A DNA stretch of 64,000 bases from Pelomyxa schiedti (Eukaryota; Protista; Evosea), in contig JAHLWZ010000733.1 of assembly GCA_020536535.1 (NCBI GenBank), positions 1 through 64,000 of the forward strand, read 5' to 3'. Both the position numbers and the translations under genes were made by a program. The notes below the pieces were generated by a model. It was given only the letters and a program-made list of their open reading frames with translations. It was not told where the DNA came from and ran no database searches. Positions 61,428 through 64,000 of the stretch are shown piece after piece (position 1 is the stretch's first letter; each line of letters opens with the position of its first letter).

Positions 61428-63631
61428 GGCCCCGCACTTTTTTTTTTTTTTTGTCCTTAGCCGAAAAGAAAGAAAAAAACCCTAAGTTGGAAGAGGTGCC
61501 AAACAAGCGGACACTACCTTGTTTTACTAGAGAGGTGTGGATTTTGAGTTCACATTTTCATGGCCGATTGTGGACACTATTCTACTGAATTCACCATTGT
61601 CTTGGGGGTGGGTAGTAGTGTGTTTGTGGCATTGTTGTTCAACATGTAGTTGCGGCTGGATTGTTGGACTGCCAACCTGTTCAGAATGTGGTACCTGTGT
61701 GGCACTACTGTGGTTGCAGTTGTGGTGTTGCAGCTGTGGTCAAGGACTGCACACTATCTTGTCTATTTCCGCTAGCGGTTGCTTTCTTTCAAAGCGTGGT
61801 TAATAATTGACTCTGATAGCAGGATGGCACTTAGCCTTGCCTCTCTGTGCCATAGAGAGGTTGCTTGTAGGGGAACCTCTTCACCTTCACTCGGTGAGGT
61901 GGTGTTGAGCACGAGGCAATTAATAATATTTTCCCCCACCTGGAATATCAGGTTTGCAACAAACAGCACTATCCCCAACTCAACTCCCACTCTATACTAT
62001 CCCCAAATGATTCACTACCTGAAGCTCCCCAAATTGCACCACCTGACACTCCCGCCACTCAAATGCTCCCAAAATGCACCGCCTTGCTCCAAATGCACTC
62101 CAAACTGAAGCACCACTCTCCACACAAGTAACATGCTCTTAATGACCACTCTAGGTACGATTCTCCTTGTCAGTGTCACACATTCACCTCTCTTGTCTTG
62201 GTTCTTTCTGAAATCTCTCTGGGAAGTGCAATGTTGGTGAAGGGAGCTTGAAATTCTGATTGACTGTCAGGAAGAGGAAGTGATGGCATGCATGGGTAAT
62301 AAGGGCAGAGAAGAGCGAGAGAGTTGGTTGTTGGCCTAGTGGGACGTGAAATTACCTTAGAGCGGATCATGTAGTAGAAAGGGCCAAGAGAGGTACTGAG
62401 GTGGCTGGTAAAGGAAAAAAAGCGGTTAACAGATTGTGCTACTAGCAGGATTGTTGCACATACCGAGAATTACACCAATAAGAGTCAACATGTCAGATAT
62501 CATAAAGTCAGTTACCAAGCTAGAGGTATTGAAGGAACTGAACGTTGTGACAATTGATCTGTGGGTCCCTCCCCAGAAACCAGTCTGATCAGAATGAGAG
62601 ACTCTGTGGTTGTTTAATGGTTGATCTATATACTACACACAACTGATCTGGCATAACGAGAGTTATTTTACGTGTGAGCAGGAAGCAAAAGTCACGAACT
62701 CAAGTCAACTTGAGGAAACATTGTCTGATGTAACCTGTTGGCCCCTCAACAGTAACGACCAACGTAACGGATAACGGACAGTTCGTTGCTGTTGCTTATG
62801 ATGCACCCACAGGTTGATGAACTCCTAGCAACCCAACCGTAATCTGTGGAGCGGAACCTGTTGGGCTGAGGTGAAGGAGTGTGTCACTCTCCCAGAGGCC
62901 ATGTCGTTGTGGGGCACCCCCCACAAAAACCCATCTGGCAACCCTTTTCTGGCAGGGAACTAATTGATTTCCAAGTGGTTCGGTTGGCAGAGACGGTTAT
63001 GGTGTTGTGCGCGTTGGGGTTGTGCCACGGCGAGCTCGGTTGTATTTTTTCCCCGTCGGCGTTGGACCCGACACGGGCCGCACCTCTGCGGGGACACTCG
63101 CACACAATAAAAACCAAGCGGCACACGCGAGCAACTACCACGTTTCTGGCCAGAAGCAACGCTTCCGTAGTCGCAGATCTGGAGGTGTGGATTTTGCCAC
63201 ATATCTGGATCTCTCACTCTCAGTCCTCACAAGTGACGCGTGTGGCTCTTTCATCCTGCTGCCACCTCCACGTAACCACGCAACAGCCAGGACTCCTCAA
63301 TTGCTGGGAACTTTCCAAAATATTGCCACGTGTGTTTCCCTCAAAACCAAAATTCAAAACTAAAGGCCATAAATTATAAAAAAACGACCCACTAGATCTC
63401 ACGTGATTAGTTGATGCCTTCTTTACAGCAAGTATACGTTTTGTCCTCGTCGTCGTCGTCGTCGTGCGTTGATATATTACGCACCGAAGGTAACCTCCTT
63501 CCACACAATACACGTTGATTACATCACTCACGCGGTTTCTTGGTATCTTTTAAGTGTCAATGTCTGCACTTTTTTCGTTTTAACTTACTTCACACTCTGT
63601 TTTCTTTATTCATTTCATGTGCAGAACACAC

Positions 63632-63744
63632 CACCTTTTCTGGGGTCGATTGATTGGTCCCAGAAAGGGTGTTCAAGCAAGAGCGGACTTTGGCGGCTGC
63701 ATGAAGCACCTTTTCTGGGGTCGATTGGTCCCAGAAAGGGTGTT
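63632..63744. repeat. Two tandem palindromic (hairpin) repeats, 42 and 38 nt, 33-nt spacer
   Basis: CACCTTTTCTGGGGTCGATT(GATT)GGTCCCAGAAAGGGTGTT at 63632-63673 and 63707-63744. Confidence 0.9.
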
Positions 63745-64000
63745 TTGGCTGGGGCTCTCTGGGCATGTGGGTGTGGCTCTTGTTCGAAGAAAAAAATTAT
63801 GTGAAAAGCAAAAATTGTGAACTGTATTGGAGAAGCTGTGGTGTGTGCGAAAAGGCACTAGCCACAGAACCCCTTACGAAAGGAATGATGTGGACAAAGG
63901 GGGAGTGCGCAATGTGGGGTGGAGAAGAGTAGTAAGGAATGATTGCGTTGGTGTGGTGTTATTATTATGGGTTGTTTTGCTCCGCAAGGTATACCGGGAT

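Noticed and set aside
61537-62400. Additional gene between nitroreductase and the window end
   Set aside because: Only short hydrophobic or low-complexity ORF fragments with stops in the plausible frames were found, with no recognisable domain or consistent splice chain.
62960-63217. Kinase-like HLQICDYGS motif on the minus strand
   Set aside because: No other kinase subdomains (VAIK, HRD, APE) were found in frame or in nearby exons.
63632-63744. CRISPR array
   Set aside because: Only two repeat units, of unequal length, in a eukaryotic intron-rich context with no cas genes in the window.
1-64000. tRNA/rRNA genes and autonomous transposase or RT ORFs
   Set aside because: No cloverleaf/T-loop (GTTCRA) context, rRNA-like tract or transposase/RT motif was noticed by eye. 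A tRNAscan/Infernal run would be needed to exclude them formally.

Overview
Compact, intron-rich eukaryotic genomic DNA using the standard code, with many GT-AG introns of roughly 35-60 nt and intergenic gaps often only 80-350 bp. The gene set points to an anaerobic, flagellated amoeboid protist. Ciliary/centriolar genes (kinesin-2, CEP120) sit alongside a 2x[4Fe-4S]-ferredoxin-nitroreductase. An archamoeba such as Pelomyxa is my guess; this is inference, not a database result. The first ~5.8 kb holds decayed duplicated gene fragments, an inverted repeat pair, a microsatellite and a perfect 104-bp tandem duplication. Genes that follow, in order: RNase H1 (+); a very large ankyrin-WGR-PARP (-); a putative transcription factor with a Cys/His DNA-binding-like domain (-); a hypothetical protein (-); an F-box protein (-); a divergent PA28 proteasome activator (-); kinesin-2 (+); CEP120 (-); a 4xSH3-RING-TRAF-zinc-finger protein (+); a CDC123/R2K-type ATP-grasp apparently fused via two TM helices to a gamma-glutamylamine cyclotransferase (-); a secreted alpha/beta-hydrolase (-); a TRIM-NHL-like protein (+); a secreted BNR/Asp-box protein (+); SKI3/TTC37 (+); TMEM143/DUF3754 (+); CCDC130 (-); PIP5K (+); and Fd-nitroreductase (-). 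The last ~2.5 kb is gene-poor and carries a tandem hairpin repeat. The most interesting candidate is the membrane-anchored ATP-grasp/GGACT fusion, a possible writer/eraser pair for gamma-glutamyl isopeptide modification. Gene spans include introns, and exon boundaries were assembled by eye.
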